A DNA stretch of 64,000 nucleotides from Takakia lepidozioides (lineage: Eukaryota; Plantae; Bryophyta), in the NCBI GenBank assembly GCA_030704615.1, contig CM060734.1, positions 28,210,001-28,274,000 on the forward strand, in the 5' to 3' direction. The position numbers were made by a program, and so were the translations under genes. This document shows positions 49,341-63,320 of the stretch, piece after piece. Position 1 is the first letter of the stretch. Every line of letters starts with the position of its first letter. The notes below the pieces were generated by a model. It was not told where the DNA came from. It saw only the letters and a program-made list of their open reading frames with translations, and did no database searches.

Positions 49341-51399
49341 GTTGAACGGCAGAAGCAAACACAGAGGCTTTCAGATTATGCCAGGAATGGAAAATTAGCT
49401 CTTCCACCCATTTGTATAATTCCAAGGGGGAGAGCCACAATTCATGATACAGGGTTGTCCCAGATACAGGGAGATATTTGATCAGGCTCTGGAGCAGCTC
49501 AGACGGGTGACAATCGACAATGACCATGTGTTTCACCAAGGGTAGGCTGCGCATACTTGGCTGGTACAGACGAATGCAACGAAGCAGTGGCCAAATTACA
49601 CTAAGCATGAGATAGCACGCTATCTCGATGGTATCAAGACACGATTTGGCTGTGCTACAACACAAACGGCCGGATCATACAAACCAGGCAGCACTGCCAG
49701 GGACAGAGGAGGAGAACACCCGTAGACCTACATGATGGGATGTAGAGCCCCAGGACAGACGGAGAAGGTCCGGCTCTCAACCACACCGCTCACCTTCCCA
49801 ACCTAGAGATGTCGCACCAACTTCCCAGCAGCAGAGGCACCAACAAAGATGAACCGTGGGACACGGCATTTTCGCAGAGGGGAGGATAGACACCAGGTAG
49901 AGCAGCATCAAAGGTAGAGGCAGAAGGGAAGTACCCCTATTTTTGACAATTACACATAGACCATAGCCATAGCCATAGGGCACTATGGAGCTGTAAAGTA
50001 AAAACAGGGGCATTGTTTCTTCACCCACCAGGATAGATCTAACACTTCCTCTTGATCAGACAACCCATCCGTCCAGTTTCGATGCTACATGAGCCGCAGC
50101 GGAAGCAGGAAAACATCATGACATCTAGACTGGACCTGGTAAATTAGTTCTTGCTATCTCTATGGTTCGCTCGTTTCTCTTCTCATCAGCCCGTGACCGC
50201 CGTTCAGACCAAATATCGTGACCCCGTGGGGTGGCGCGGCCCGGGGCGCCTACAGCCCTCTGTCAGTCCGTTCGTATGCACAGCCACGTCAGGGTTCGGA
50301 TGATCCCATTAGCACCTGACCCATCAGCACACTGCCATGCTCAACTCACTAAACTGTGGCAACTCGTCGTCTGCTTGTGTTCGTGCTAAGCACTCGATGG
50401 TATGGATATGGCCTCCGGCTGTGTATTCTCTTCTAAGTCACGATCACTCATCACTTCCCTTCTGTCGTGCCAGTGTGGCTATCCCGTGACGGCTCTCTCG
50501 ATACCGCCATCCCTAGCATGCATACTGTGGGTGCATTTACGTGTTCCTCTCCGTTCACTCACTAATGCAATTAGTTGGTGCTACCAGTGGGAGGAGGGAG
50601 CATGTGTCTTGATAAGTCAAGATCCCTCTTTATATCTCCAGAAAGACACCCCACATGACGCTCAATCCTCCTATCACTAAAGGTGAGTCCAAGTTTGCAT
50701 ATGTATTACCACACCACTGAAGTACAACACTAATCTCCTTCCTGATCTATGCTATCAATGTCCATCATCACCAAACTGCCCTTCCTCGAGCATCCTCTCT
50801 CTCTCCCCCTCTCAGTCTACCATCTTTCCTTGTCTCGTTCATAATGATTGCCTGTCTTCCTTATGTTCACTTGCCTTGTACTCTTTCCAAACCTCGTAGA
50901 TTAGCCCCTTATCTCGTGCCATTCTACTTTGATCACCGCTCAACCGATTCTTCTAATACTAAACACATTACCCGCCCTGGGCATACCTTTGCCATGCGTG
51001 TTTAATACATGGCCAAGTGGCGTCTAATGAGGTCTTGATATTATCCTTAAGCTCAAAACGTATTTATCAGGATCTGCTTAGTCATGTACCCTGTTGATTC
51101 AGGGCGGCGCCCCCTCAGCCGCTGATCCGTATTGCATCAACGCTCTGCATGTCGCCATCTCCTCGACCCTCATCCTGCTCCGTCGAACTACTTCTGATGC
51201 TGACTGTTCATAATCCGTCCATCCGTTGTGGATAAGTGCTAGTTAACATCATCCACTTCCCTATTCCCTTCATCCGCACATGTCCTTGGCACATTCATCA
51301 CTGCTGGCCACATCCACTCCTGTTAACTTCATCCTACTCCCGTCCGCTTATCATCCATTTGATAAACCCCTAGGGTTTTATTGGCACTTGTTTTCCCCT

Positions 51400-54300
51400 T
51401 ACAGCTGTAAGGTACTCCTTTTTTCTTAGAGTGAAAGTCCCTTTTCACCAAGTTAGCACACTCACTTCATTGATGTACCAGCTTGAGGTCCCTCCGTGAT
51501 CTTGTCCATTTTTTGTTAGCTGCATCCTCTATCATGCACATTCGATCAGCCTCCTCCATGTTTCCAGTGTGTGATTTGTCTTTGTACCCCTGGAACGTGT
51601 ATGGCCCCTCCTAGGCAGGTTCAATACCTTTGCGTTTTCCTGGTTTCAACATCATGACGAGTTGTCCCTGCTCCAATGATTCCAAGTTGGAGTTACTGGT
51701 CCTCCGCGCTGCATAGCCTTCTTGTGTTCCCTCTGTGCTTTGAGAACATTTGCATGCAATGAGATGTCTATTTGAGCTAAGAGCTCAACTTTTTCCTTCA
51801 TCATGGCATTGATGGCATCCTCACTGTCTCGCAGGTCCACCAGCTCGGTGATTCTCCCCCATCGATTGTCTACGTCCAAGCGCAGCTCTCTGCCCGTGAG
51901 CACTTTATAGGGGCTGAAATCACGAACAGTTGGTGTGTACTCTCTTTCATCACCTTCTGCTTTGTCATGGTCTTCCTCTGCCCTTTGGATGAGCTCCAGT
52001 TGTTCTCTTTTTGTCAAAGGTTTCACCCTTTCCTGCTCAATTTTCTCACTTAGTTCACTCTCCGTCTCTTGTGAACTGTCTTCTTTTATCTGTTGGTCTG
52101 CCCAGTCTTCAGTGAATGCGTCCAGACTCTGGGTTCTAGCCTCTTCTTCGCTCTTGTCAAATCCTTCCATGAATATCTCTGGTTGGTGTTCAAAACCTGC
52201 TGAGCTGCAGAGATTGTCTATGCCAACGTGCTCCTTTTCACCTAACCCATGTTCTTGACTTACATCATTAATCTCTTGGCTGGATTTCTGCAGAATAGGC
52301 ATCCCATCTCCTAATTTGGCCTTCTTCGCACTTCCCCGTGTCAACATGTTGATGCGGGGTGCTGCTGCAATCTTCTTGGAGTACAACCACTTGTGGTACA
52401 TCTCGTCCAGCTCATTCAGTGCTTCCAACTCAGTATCAGTGAACTGACATGAGACCTGTGCTGTTGGTTGCATCATGCTCTCGGTGCTTGGCAGTGGGTC
52501 AGTTTCTCCTCCTTCCACATACTCATTGATCACTGCAAAAGGTACTCCATACATCTTCCCATGAGGCTGTGCCTCTTCTTCTGCCTTTGTGATTGTTTCA
52601 GCATTGCTGAGAGCTTGCCAAGACCCATGTTGGGTTAGTGTGTGACGACTATGCCTCATGTCAAATGTTACAGATCTTGCACAGTGTTCCTCTTTTGGGC
52701 CTTCTGATGCCTTGCCCTGTGGTCTCAGGCCTGTCAAAATCGACCTGTATCCACTCTGCTTCCATGGTGCTGTTGTCACCAGTTTGTTCTTCTTCCAGTT
52801 GAACCCTGACTGGGTCTGAATCCTCCCTTCTGGCTGCATCAGAACCCTACCCTATGTCCGTAGGTAATTCTTTCTTGGCGAACCCTACCCAGTTTTTGAC
52901 AGGTTGCTCATGTCCACTACTTTTCTTGTCTTTGATCTGTACATGGCATCTGTTGCTTGCGCACCTTCATTTTGCATGGGCTTTGTATGCCTGGGCCTCA
53001 CAAAGCCATTTTGCTCACTCTGGGTTAGGGTCATAGAGCTTGGCCTCTATTCGTTGATGAGTCAGAGACACCCCCATGTTGCTGTGGTCACTGCATCCCT
53101 CTGGGTTCTCTTTCCAATCATCCTTCTCAGCCACCATCTGGTGAGTCTGCTTACTCTCTTCTTCCTTGATCCTTACTTGCTGCATTCTCAGTTTTAACTC
53201 CTGTGGGTCACCCCAATCCTTCTGCTTGGCAATGTCTGCCTTCATTGATGACCTGGTATGCCCTCCATGCAGAATATTGAGCTTGTAGGGTGAGTCTTCA
53301 CCAAAGCCGAGCTTACCCAATTTGCTTTCTTTCCCTTTTTGTCGCACTCCTGGTGTATCAAACTCCTACAATTCTTCTTGATCAAATGTTGTCTTTTGGT
53401 CTTGCAGGCTGGTCAACTCCATCGTGTACTGATCCCAAGGCTCTTCTTTGAATGAGCACTCATCAAGGGATCCTTGCCCAGTTGTGTCCAGCTCTATAGT
53501 GAGTGACTGACTCCCTTTTTATTTGTGTGAGGCAGTCAAAGCTCGTTGAAACCAGTCATCATGCGTATTTTGCCCTTCTTTGATACTTGCTCCATGACAT
53601 AGTATGTGTGGTGTTCCTGCCAATTCTTCACCATAGCAGTCACCTTGACAAATCTGGTCTTGTACACTAGGGCCTTCTTCTTCATCTCTTGTCACTGTGT
53701 CAATGCAATTAATGATTACTGCTTCACTGCACACTACCTTTGTTGTGATCTCAGTGATGTATGTTGAACACTGCCCATCGTCATCCATTGGGAAATGTAG
53801 CTCCCCCTGCTGACTATGTGTGTGTGGCCTGCCTCCCTGCAGCACACTCAGCTGGTCCTCCATCAGCTCAAAAAGATCAGCCCTTTCTCTCCTTTTTGTT
53901 CTACTGTAGATTCTTCCCTTGTTGTTGACATCTGCGATCCCTTCATGAAAGGTGATGTTGTCAGTCTGGTCCCAGCCTGGCAAACTCCATGCCTCCTTTG
54001 TAACCTCATTGCCTTGACTTGCCTTGTGATGTGTAGTGACTTCCCTCACAACATCACTACTTTGGCTTACTGCCTCCTCTAGCCGTGGGCATTTCTCCCC
54101 TTGCTCAAGTTCCAGAACTGCCAAGGTGAGCACCCGTGGTAATCTTTGTTGTGCAGTTACGCACCTTATCTGTGTCTCTTCTTGTGATTGAGCCTGTAAC
54201 TCACGACTCTTGACTGGAAAATACACCCTCCAGAGTATGCCTCATTTGTGATGCAGCCTCTTGACAGTCTTTCCCCAACATTTGATCAACTCATATGTGG

Positions 54301-57300
54301 CTCTTACTGTTCTCTCCATGCTTTTGTGAGATCTCTCAGTAGCAGCTATGGTCTTTATGGTAAACACTAGTTTTTCTTTAATCCATAAGACCAGTACTAT
54401 GATGCAAATCAGAGCCCTCACTGTGTTGTGAAGTACCCATGCACTCCATGGTTGTTTTTCTCTCACTGCGATGGGGTTTAGATCCCGCACTACATGATCT
54501 ACACTCTCCTTTTTTTTTTTTCCCAATAGTGACTGGGCTCTGGCCCGACCCTTCATGGTGTGTTCTCTTTTTTTTGCACTCAACAGTAGCTAGTTGCCCG
54601 GTGTTTATTGTAACCTCACCTTCCCTTTTGTCAACCTCTATCTGATTGACCCCTGGAAAAAGCTGGAATCTGACTTTCTGCTTGGACGTCCCCTGACTCA
54701 GAGTGGGTACATTGTTAGTGAGCTGGGTTTTGTTGGTACTGCAACAGCAGTGACACTTGACTCCCTCAATGCCCCCTGAATGGATTCCCTTGTTTTGCAA
54801 AAAGCCAAATGTATACTCCTTTGTGATGTCTGTACCCCTCACTTTCCCTCGCTGTGACCATTTGAGAGGGTCTAGGCTAGTGTCAACCCAAAACTTTCTG
54901 CTTAAAAGCTCTTTCCTGTAGTTCTACAATGCCCAAACAAATATCCCATAGTGGAGCTCTTCAATTGACTGGCCTTCTTTCCTTTGCAGAGGTTTCTCTA
55001 TGCCTGAAACTATCTCTGTCCCCTCCTTTCCAGACTTAGTGAGTGTTGCAGACACTATCAAATCATCTAAGCCCAATGTTAACACCCAAACCCTTTTGAC
55101 TTGACTGTTTGGATTGACATTGAGAGCTTGTACCCTTCCCTTGGTCATATTAACTTCATAATCTTCCTCCCCACTAGATCCTCCCACTGGATAGCGACTT
55201 AAAGCATCAACATTTCCGTGCTTAGCTCCTGGTCTGTGAACAATCTTAAAATCATAATCCTGTAACATCATTATCCACCTACCTCTCCTTCCATAAGCGT
55301 CGCTAACCGTAGCCAGCCATTCTAGGGGTTTATGATCAGTCCTTACCGTGAATGGTGTTCCATAGAGGTACCGGCGGAAGTGCAGGATACCCCACACCAG
55401 TGCATAGCACTCGCCCTCCATGGGATGATATCTTTTCTGAACATCGGTCAATGCCTTACTTGCATATGCAATTACATGTTCATTACAACGATCCTTTTGT
55501 GACAGTATTGCCCCTACTCCCTTCGTACTCCAGTCAACATCAAGTATAAAGGGTTTAGTGAAGTCGGGCCTTACCAGTTGGTAACCCCAACAAAGCTCTT
55601 CGCAGCTGTGGGGGTTTTCGGTATCGGGAAACATTGAATTGCTGCCACTTTGTTTGGATCATGCCTTACCCCTTCCTTGGAAACGACGTGTCCCAAGAAA
55701 ACCAATTCTTGCCTGCCCAACTCACACTTGCTGGGATTCAGCTTAAGATTATGATGTCTGAGTTTCTTGAGGATGACATCCAAGTGCTGTAAATGATCTT
55801 CCCACGTTGCACTATGTATATTTATGTCATCAACGAAGACTTTTGCAAAAGCCTTCAACTCATCATGAAGTATGACGTTCATGGCCCTTTGGAAAGTCGC
55901 TGTGGCATTCTTCAAGCCAAATGGCATGACTTGCCACTCAAACAGTTCTCTTTTCGTGATTATGGCTGTCTTTTTTATGTCATCTTCCCTCATTTTGATT
56001 TGCCAAAAGCCTGATTGCAGATCCAGCGCTGAAAACCACTGTGACTTGCCAAGTTGTTGCAAGACGTCTTTTATTAGTGGCATTGGGTATGCATCCTTCA
56101 GTGTGTGCAGATTGAGTGGCCTGTAATCTCCACAAAACCTTTTGCTCCATCTTTCTTGGGTGGCAAAGTGACTGGGCATGCTTATTCAGACTTGCTGATT
56201 CGCATTTTACCTTGTAAGATGAGTGCTTCAATCTGTTCTTGTACAAGGTTCTCTTCAGCTTCTGACAGTCTGTTTGCTGGCTTTCTGGTTGCAGGAAACC
56301 CTTGGGTGTCGATTTCGTGCTCCACGTCAGCACAATGGCCAAGGTCGGCTTTGTTCATGGCAAAGCTATGATGATTCTTTCTGCATACTTCCAGCAGCTG
56401 TTGCTTCTGCTCTGGAGTAAGCTCAGGGGTGATCCTGAGTTTACTTTAGATGTCTTCCCACCTCTGTTCTGCCTCCAATGTTTGCATGCTTGCTTCCTCC
56501 TTTTTGGAGTCAGTCCCGATAGCATGCGGGTAGACCAGATGTGCTTCTCTCCTTTGTTGGTTGAAATTCATCATCAGACTCTGGATTCGTGTAGTATTCA
56601 CCTTCCCAAGCCTTGGTGTAGGCCTCCTTAATCAGATCATCAGTCATATCCTTGCGGCTGATTTCCTCAGAGATCTCTGGGTATTTCTGATCTTGACCTT
56701 CATCCTCCCAGATATCCAGGCATTTTAGATAGTCTTCAATTGCTCCCTGGTCTGAGTAGAGGCCCTGAGCCTCTTCCCAGTCTGGATCCTCATCCGTGCT
56801 TGCTGTTGATACAGAGCTCACACTATCCTCCATGTCTGACATGTAGTCAGACAGACCATCCTCTTCCATTGGTGTGAATAAACTGTGTCTTGTATGTGAA
56901 TTCTGCATTTGATCAAGAGCCATGACCTCGGTCTGGCCCTCTTGTTCCTCTATCATCGGATCCACCGCCAAGTTCTTGCAGAATTCATGGAAATTGCCAA
57001 TTGTTGGCTTCAATTGATTCATGGTGTGGAGTGGAAAGTAAGCCACATTGAGCCCAGGTCCATACCTGACCCATAGCGTCTCTGTTTCCGTATCAACTGC
57101 TGCCCCAAACTTCTTTAAGAAGTCTAGTCCGAGTAGCATGCTATATGTGTCAGTGTCCACCACCATAAAACTGATCCTATTAATTAGTTTTCCCACTGTA
57201 ACCTTCAAATTATCAAGCACCCCCATTGCTGTCTCAACAGCACCCGAGGCTACCCGGTATGTCATGTCTCTGTCAGTGGTGACACAACTCATTAAGCCCA

Positions 57301-57400
57301 AGTCTCTTATAGTGGTTGCTGCTATCACGGATATCATGGCCCCTGTATCGATCTGGCTCATTACTTGGTAATTGCCAATCGTAACCAGAGCATGCAAAGC
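51400..57400 (-). pseudogene. Ty3/Gypsy pol of a further family: protease, RT, RNase H, long spacer, integrase C-terminus
   Basis: IDTGA (56510-57397); MPFGLKNA and FVDD (55571-56179); LDVDWS..TDHKPL..NVDALSR (54924-55634); FSPYKVLTGRE and EGPY near 51600-51930. Confidence 0.88.
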
Positions 57401-57513
57401 CTTGACTTTGCCACTGAAAGCATATGTATTGCTTTTACATCTGGGTCACTTGTGTCGTGTGCCAATTTGGATTCATGTTGAACCCCGTTGGATGGAAAAG
57501 CATTGAATTTATT

Positions 57514-57852
57514 TGTTAGAGGGTTGTCTGGGACTTGGACAGCTTTACAGGTTCTGTGGGGTACCCTTAATTTTGTGCAGATTTACGGATGGTAGACTTA
57601 GACCAACACAGGCCTTAGGGGTGGTAGACAGGCTTACACAGTTAGTCACAGCCTTACACAGCTAGACACAGCTTGACACAACATATCACATCCTGACACA
57701 GCTTACACCGTTTGTCACAGTCTTACATGGCCTATCACAGCCTACCACAGTCTATCACAGCTCGACACAGCCAGTCACAACTTGACACAGCCCGACACAA
57801 TCCGACACAGCTAGTCGCAGCCCGACACAGTTTGGCACAACCCATCACAACA
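57514..57852 (+). mobile_element. LTR-like segment of family B (right end uncertain)
   Basis: TGTT...AACA, homologous to 46705-46990. Confidence 0.65.
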
Positions 57853-58363
57853 TTCACAGGGAGTGGTTATTATTGGCAAGGAACGACATCTGCAGAGGGA
57901 ACATGCATTCTGTCTTGAACGACAGTTAGTTAGTTAGGCGATTAGAACAGCTTGCAGGTAGAATAGGTGGAGTAGCAACAGAGGGGGATATTTCTTGGAT
58001 CACAACTTGGTCATCGGGGAAGGAAGGACGATCTGGAACTGGGGAATGAAGAGCGCAGTGGGGGAGGAGACACGATCTGTTGACGCTTGATGAATGCAAG
58101 CTGTAGAGTTGTACTGTAGAACAGATTAGAAACACCATGGCTTCGGCCTGATACTTGATAGATATTCATCTGATACATATTTCATGCTCACACTGTGTTT
58201 AGAGATTTGAGTGAAGCTGTGGAATGAATGGATGAGTGATTGGAACTTGGTAGGTTGCTGAAGCAATCTGATACTTAATTACAGACAGTAAGGTAACTTG
58301 CTAACATAAATGCGAGAAGGAATACAAATGGGAAGCACCCCCATGATACACTGGTTGTAGGTC

Positions 58364-59989
58364 ATGACTGATTGTTCTGAGCGGGCTGAGTGCTTAGAGA
58401 TTTCCAACCCTTCTATTTTGGAGTTCCTATCTCGGATAGCAAAGGGATGGGTGAGTAAAAGCCGCTCGACATTTGGCGACCATATTGGGGAACTGAGTCA
58501 AGAACAACCAGATGTGACAGGCATCTGGTGGGATCATGGTGGATGGAGAATTAAAGAATTTGATGTGAATCAAATTCCCTGTGGAACTGAGAAAGAAAGA
58601 TTGTCCAAACAATTCTTTCAGAGGTTCTTGGAATTGCCAGACGGTTGCAAAGAAAACATTTTTAAGAGAGTGCATGATGTTGATCCAGAGTGGGGTCTGG
58701 AGAAAGGAGTGATAAAAATTTATCAAGTGGCCTGTAGGGGCAGAGCAAGTGGGTTACCAACGTTGGTTTATGTGATAGCATTGCTATCCATTAAACGAGT
58801 GGAGTTTGAAAGCTGGGAGGAACAGAAAGTGAATGTTTACACTCATATGCATGAAGAACTTGTACTGGTAAAGAATTGGATTTTTAAGGATATCTTGTAG
58901 ATCAAACTTACACCAAAAACAGCTTTTCAGACGTTCTTGTCATATGATTATATGGTAACGGAGTCTTCTAGTATAGCCAAGGGTGCATTAAAGCCTGAAA
59001 GAAATCCAGGCATATACGAGAGATACTACAGAAGAGAGTTTTGGTTATTGCCTCATTAAAGATATGAAAGACATGAGATATGAGTGATGAAAGAGAAGCT
59101 AAACTCCACAGATATTCAGCAAAAAGAGAGTTATTTGAAAGCTAATTATCCATATCTTTGGGAGAGAGGAATAGACATAGGAAAATCATCTGGACCTCTC
59201 ATACCATTAAGACCAGAGAGTATATCACCCATACCAGAAGAACCAGAGTTGGATGCCACTCCTTCTTATTCTTTACAAGAAAGATTAAGGGATTTGGTAC
59301 AGGAAGAAGATCAGCCACGAAGGGAAAGATCTGAGGTATATCCCTGGATTAAAGATTTGACAGAAATCTTTGATCAGAGTTGGCATGGAACACCAAAAGC
59401 AGGAACTCCAGTTTCTGAAGCATAAGACAAAAAATGAGAGGATGATGTGGCAGAGCCAATGGACAGTTCAGACTCTCCAACACCACTTCAGTTGAGTTAC
59501 ATGAGTGAGGAAGAAGAAATCCAAGAGAAGAACTTGGAAGATGAAAACAGAGACAAGAATTTGGAAGATGAAGAGTATGAAGAAGTAGACCCAACAGTTG
59601 AGGTTGAGACTACAACCAGGACATCCCAACCTGTTGGACCTGGATCAAGTGGAGCACTTGGATCACAGGCCAACAAAGGTGTCGGCTCAGGGGGATCAGG
59701 CGGGCAGCTTGGATCTGGCTTTGGGGGGACAGAGAGTGTGGGAAGTAGTGCAACTGTAGCTGGGGATACTGTAAGTACAGAGGGCCCAGTAGTAGGGAGT
59801 GCTCAGGGGCCAACACCTGGTGGGAGTTCCACCACTACAACAGCAGGTCCTCGAGGACCAACACCAACAGGAAGACCAGCACCTGTCAGTGGGCAGGTTG
59901 TAGGGCCACAGATGGCGGTACCTCCAACACGGGCAAAACCACCTTTTCCAATATATGCAGGGAAAGGGGATCCTGATGTATACATCCCT
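58364..59989 (+). pseudogene. Retroelement ORF remnants ending in a Gag-like motif, cut by the palindrome array
   Basis: ORFs 58364-58900, 59084-59425 and one starting at 59447. KPPFPIYAGKGDPDVYI resembles the YxGxxDPxxH/F start of retrotransposon Gag. Confidence 0.55.
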
Positions 59990-62900
59990 ATGAAGTCGTC
60001 TCAGGGGGAGAGGCCGACATGTGGCTACCAGAGTTCATCCCCCGGATGGAAAAATGGCACCGAATTTCCATCCGAGGGGGCTGGGATGAAGTCGTCTCGT
60101 GGGGAGACTCCATCCGAGGGGGCTGGGATGAAGTCGTCTCGGGGGGAGAGGCCGACATGTGGCTGCCAGAGTTAATCCTCCGGATGGAAAAATTGCGGCC
60201 GAATTTCCATCCGAGGGGCTGGGATGAAGTCGTCTCGGTGGGAGAGGCCGACATGTGGCTGCCAGAGTTCATCCCCCGGATGGAAAAATGGCGCCGAATT
60301 TCCATCCGAGGGCACCCGTATGAAGTCGTGTCGGAGGGTGAGGGCCCCACATGGCTGCTAGAGTTCATCCCCCGGATGAAAAAATGGCGCCGAAATTCCA
60401 TCCGAGGGCGCCCGTATGAAGTCATCTCGGGGGGAGAGGCCGACATGTGGCTGCCAGAGTTCATCCCCCGGATGGAAAAATGGCGCCGAATTTCCATCCG
60501 AGGGCGCCCGTATGAAGTCGTGTCGGAGGGCGAGGGCCCCACGTGGCTACCAGAGTTCATCCCCCGGATGGAAAAATGGCGCCGAATTTCCATCCGAGGG
60601 CGCCCGTATGAAGTCGTCTCGGGGGGAGAGGCCGACATGTGGCTGCCAGAGTTCATCCCCCGGATGGAAAAATGACGCCGAATTTCCATCCGAGGGGGCT
60701 GGGATGAAGTCGTCTCGGGGGGAGAGGCCGACATGTGGCTGCCAGAGTTAATCCTCCGGATGGAAAAATTGCGGCCGAATTTCCATCCGAGGGGGCTGGG
60801 ATGAAGTCGTCTCGGTGGGAGAGGCCGACATGTGGCTGCCAGAGTTCATCCCCCGGATGGAAAAATGGCGCCGAATTTCCATCCGAGGGCACCCGTATGA
60901 AGTCGTGTCGGAGGGTGAGGGCCCCACATGGCTGCTAGAGTTCATCCCCCGGATGGAAAAATGGCGCCGAATTTCCATCCGAGGGCGCCCGTATGAAGTC
61001 ATCTCGGGGGGAGAGGCCGACATGTGGCTGCCAGAGTTCATTCCCCGGATGGAAAAATGGCGCCGAATTTCCATCCGAGGGCGCCCGTATGAAGTCGTGT
61101 CGGAGGGCGAGGGCCCCACGTGGCTACCAGAGTTCATCCCCCGATGGAAAAATGGCGCCGAATTTCCATCCGAGGGCGCCCGTATGAAGTCGTCTCGGGG
61201 GGAGAGGCCGACATGTGGCTGCCAGAGTTCATCCCCCGGATGGAAAAATGGCGGCCGAATTTCCATCCGAGGGCGCCCGTATGAAGTCGTGTCGGAGGGT
61301 GAGGGCCCCACGTGGCTGCCAGAGTTCATCCCCCGAGTAGAGGCAAAAACACAGAGGCAGGAATTGCGAAGTGGACCCGCAAGAGTGCCGTCCCAATTCT
61401 GAAGAAGAAGTGGACGTGCATCAACACATTGGGCCTTCGTTCGGAAGGGAAGATGGTAATTACCACATTGGCAATCGTGATTGCATTTTCTAAGTTGTTT
61501 TGAAATGCGGTGCCGAATTCGAATTCTAATCGTTCTCCACTGTGTCTGCAGACGAAACAGTTCGATGCATACTGCTTTGTGAAGGAGAATCAATCTTTGC
61601 TTTCCGGAAGGATGGATTGTTGGTTGACCCAAACTACGACCCCATCGATTACGACGTCCTGTTCAACAACGTTCCCATGGAACTCCTCCCTCATAGCCTC
61701 AGCTTCCTCAAAGAATTCAGGCTCCAAGTCAACCCCAACTTTCACCATTCTTGGTTCCTCCTCAGTTCCCACATTAACTTCTCTCACCTGCTCTTCAGCT
61801 GTGATGGTCTAGCCTGCCACTATCTCATCTTGTAGACTAATGGTGGATGGTTCCTCCAAGATTTCTATTTCCCCTTCTTTCTCTTCATAGAAATGTGGTG
61901 GGTAACTATTTTCTTCCCCCTCAATTGGTGTTGCTGTTACTGCACCACAACATATACTTTTGAAGCAACTCAGGCCTCCCAGTTGCATTTCTGCGACTTG
62001 TTCCCACTCTGGGTGTGCAGCTACCTGATTTCTTAATTGAAATCTGTATTTTGTGCTTATCCTTGCGCACAGTTAGAATCTGGGTATTCCAGTCATGGAA
62101 TACCTTGGCCTGTTTCAGCCATGGTCGTCCTAACAATAAGGAATAAGCTTCCATGACATCATCCATTTTTCAATACAGTCACAATGATCTTAAAGACCAA
62201 CTTCTGAATCTGTATTCTTACTCCTCTTATCAAGCCTAATGGAAAATTGGCGCCGAATTTCCATCCGAGGGCGCCCGTATGGAGCCGTCTTCAACCATTT
62301 TTAGTCGTTACTTCACTTTTTTCGAGTTTTTTTTGTATAATCCGACCCTGAACTTATAGTTTTCTCCCTGCGCGGCACTTTTTGTGGACGTTATCCCTAC
62401 AAATGTCATCCGCTGGATGGAAATTCGGCACTGTTTTTCCATCCGAGGGCGCAACGACTTATCCTGCTAATGGAAATTCGGCGCCGGTTTTCCATCCGAG
62501 CGCGCTCCGAGTTATCTTGCGGATGGAAATTTGGCGTTGGTTTTCCATCCGAGCGCGCTCTAAGGTATCTTGCGGATGGAAATTCGGCGCCGATTTTCCA
62601 TCTGAGGCAGCTCCGAGTTATCTTGTGGATGGAAATTCGCCACCGGTTTTCCATCCGAGCGCGCTCCGAGTTATCTTGCAGATGGAAATTCGGCGCCGGT
62701 TTTCCATCAACGCGTCTGTGCATGACTACGTCTCCATCGGAAGGAGGGCCAGGTGGCACTCCCACTTCATCCACTGGATGGAAATTCGGCGCCGTTTTTC
62801 CATCCAGGGCCTTGTGGATGATGCCGTCTCGGGTGGATCGAGGGCCAGGTGGCGCTCCTACTTCATCCGCTAGATGCAAATTCGGAGCCGTTTTTCCATC

Positions 62901-63320
62901 CAGGGCCTTGTGGATGATGCCGTCTCGGGCGGGTCGAGGGCCAGGTGGCGCTACTACTTCATCCGCTGGAGGCAAATTCGGCGTCGTTTTTCCATCCAGG
63001 GCCTTGTGGATGATGCGGGCGGGTCGAGGGCCAGGTGGCGCTCCTACTTCATCCGCTGGATGCAAATTCGGCGCCATTTTTCCATCCAGGGGCTTGTGGA
63101 TGATGCCGCCTCGGGCGTATCGAGGGCCAGGTTGCGTTCCTACTTCATCCGCTGGATGGAAATTCGGCGCCGTTTTTCCATCTAGGGGCTTGTGGATGAT
63201 GCCGTCTCGGGCGAGTCGAGGGCCAGGTAGCGCTCCTACTTCATCCGCTGGATGTAAATTTGGCACCGTTTTTCCATCCAGGGGCTTGTGGATGATGCCG
63301 TCTCGAGCGGGTCGAGGGCC
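59990..63320. repeat. Palindrome array 4 (~26 cores; 96-bp, 53-bp and ~95-bp units), interrupted at 61336-62238
   Basis: 96-bp units in 59990-61335, 53-bp units in 62410-62710, and ~95-bp units in 62776-63320. Confidence 0.95.
61336..62238 (-). pseudogene. Retrotransposon protease/linker fragment embedded in array 4
   Basis: AYSLLLGRPWLKQAKVFHDW and VNVGTEEEPRMVKVG. Confidence 0.7.
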
